A stretch of 64,000 bases of DNA, taken from Nitrospirota bacterium. GTDB lineage: Bacteria > Nitrospirota > Thermodesulfovibrionia > Thermodesulfovibrionales > Dissulfurispiraceae. The DNA lies in contig JBBITU010000001.1 in NCBI GenBank assembly GCA_037440605.1, forward strand, positions 9,016-73,015, in the 5' to 3' direction. A program made the translations under genes and the position numbers. How positions within the stretch are numbered: the stretch's first letter is position 1; every line of letters starts with the position of its first letter. Below, one piece after another: positions 63,054 to 64,000 of this stretch. The notes beneath the pieces are model-generated. The model did not search any database and had not been told where the DNA came from. It saw only the letters and a list, made by a program, of their open reading frames with translations.

Positions 63054-63596
63054 TTATTTTCTGAACGGAAAACCAAAATATCTCAGCAATGCCCTTGATT
63101 CCTGATCTGTCTTGGCGGTTGTGCAAATCGTAATATCCAATCCATGCACCATTTCTACTTTTTCGTAATCTATCTCAGGGAATATGTACTGCTCCTTTAG
63201 CCCAAAAGAATAGTTGCCTCTGCCATCAAAAGATTTTGTTGGGAGGCCTCTGAAGTCCCTTATCCTCGGAAGCGCCAGACTCAAAAGCCTGTCCATAAAC
63301 TCATACATTCTGTCGCCCCTGAGAGTAACCTTGCATCCCAGTGGAACGCCTTGTTTTAATTTAAAACCAGCTATTGCCTTTCTGGATTTCGTAACTAAAG
63401 GTTTCTGCCCTGTTATGGCTGCAAGCTGTTTTTCGGCAGCGTCCAGAAGCTTTATATTCTGGGTCGCTTCACCCAAAGTGACGTGCACAACTATTTTTTG
63501 CAGCTTTGGCACCTGCATGACATTCTTATATTCAAACTCATTGCTTACAGACTGAACAATCTCATTATAATATTTTTCCTTGAGCCTTGGAGCCAT
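63054..63596 (-). CDS. rplE: 50S ribosomal protein L5
   Basis: [14 protein letters not shown]...[19 protein letters not shown]. Confidence 0.93.
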   Translation of the reverse strand: MAPRLKEKYYNEIVQSVSNEFEYKNVMQVPKLQKIVVHVTLGEATQNIKLLDAAEKQLAAITGQKPLVTKSRKAIAGFKLKQGVPLGCKVTLRGDRMYEFMDRLLSLALPRIRDFRGLPTKSFDGRGNYSFGLKEQYIFPEIDYEKVEMVHGLDITICTTAKTDQESRALLRYFGFPFRK

Positions 63597-63598
63597 GA

Positions 63599-63916
63599 TT
63601 AGTCTATGACCTCCTTGCACTTTTTGCACATTCTTAGCTTTTTCCCTGATTCAATCATTACACTCGATATACGGGTGGTTTTAGTGCATTTAGGGCAGAT
63701 CAGCATAATCTTGGAAATGTGCAAAGGCGCTTCTTTGCTTATGATTCCCCCCTGAGTATTCTGCTTATTAGGCTTCATGTGTTTCTTAATAATATTTATA
63801 TTTTCGATTATGGCCTTTTCTTTAGAAGGCATAACCGTAATTACCCTGCCTTTTTTGCCTTTTTCTTTGCCGGATAGCACAATTGCTGTGTCGTTCTTTT
63901 TTATGCCGAGCCCCAC
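63599..63916 (-). CDS. rplX: 50S ribosomal protein L24 (with CxxC...CxxC in the C-terminal part)
   Basis: [24 protein letters not shown] motif. GTG start behind GGAGG. Confidence 0.9.
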   Translation of the reverse strand: MGLGIKKNDTAIVLSGKEKGKKGRVITVMPSKEKAIIENINIIKKHMKPNKQNTQGGIISKEAPLHISKIMLICPKCTKTTRISSVMIESGKKLRMCKKCKEVID

Positions 63917-63966
63917 TTTATCCTCCGTTAAACCTGAATACTTAAATACTAAACAGATGTTATGCT

Positions 63967-64000
63967 TTACAGAACCTCTGGTGCGAGGGAAATTATCTTA
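63967..64000 (-). CDS. rplN: 50S ribosomal protein L14, C-terminal end only (runs off the window)
   Basis: The minus-strand frame reads ...KIISLAPEVL-stop, the typical uL14 C-terminus, in the expected position upstream of rplX. Confidence 0.7.
   Translation of the reverse strand, partial: KIISLAPEVL

Noticed and set aside
1-64000. tRNA, rRNA, tmRNA or riboswitch genes in the intergenic regions.
   Set aside because: A scan by eye found no T-loop (GGTTCGAATCC-like) or cloverleaf candidates. The only GGTTCG strings are repeat cores or the 15-bp direct repeat. The long gaps are accounted for by repeats. A covariance-model scan would be needed to be definitive.

Overview
This is a 64-kb AT-rich bacterial chromosomal window, roughly 40% GC by eye. 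The organism looks diderm (an LptE-like lipoprotein, AmiC with an AMIN domain, and Wzm/Wzt are present), but I cannot assign taxonomy from the sequence alone.

**1-24 kb: housekeeping.** Truncated alpha-glucan phosphorylase, mqnD, a DUF4390-like/NtrY/NtrX-type sigma-54 two-component unit, fabG-acpP-fabF-rnc, purB, lptE-holA and rpsT. Also an overlapping operon of a C26 amidotransferase, an AI-2E permease and an eRF1-like protein, then D-aminoacylase, amiC and nfu.

**24-52 kb: accessory cell-surface island.**
- An IS110/IS1111-type IS sits inside a hairpin repeat.
- Five intact glycosyltransferase genes and one decayed one, plus a GT-C+TPR (TMTC/PMT-like) membrane glycosyltransferase.
- A Wzm/Wzt exporter, two methyltransferase-domain proteins and a radical-SAM/SPASM enzyme.
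- A subtilase whose catalytic His is replaced by Tyr.
- Ig-like/CARDB proteins, an FG-GAP lipoprotein and a GNAT-like protein.
- Two divergent paralogous secreted ~300-aa proteins of no family I recognise. Each is monocistronic with a near-consensus promoter and a long leader.

I consider this island the best candidate for an undescribed system: a surface-layer, sheath or fibre glycoprotein locus.

**52-64 kb: housekeeping.** Hemerythrin, coaD, rsmD, purN and the spc/alpha ribosomal operons (rplN to rplQ, including secY, map, infA, rpoA) on the minus strand.

**Repeats.** Almost every long intergenic region is filled by at least three families of short repeats bounded by terminal inverted repeats (MITE/REP-like). 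Some are nested, some tandem, some sit in operon junctions, and some may lie in-frame inside genes.

**Limits.** I saw no rRNA, tRNA or CRISPR. All calls come from reading translations and motifs; no database search was possible. Repeat boundaries are by eye (about +-5 bp).
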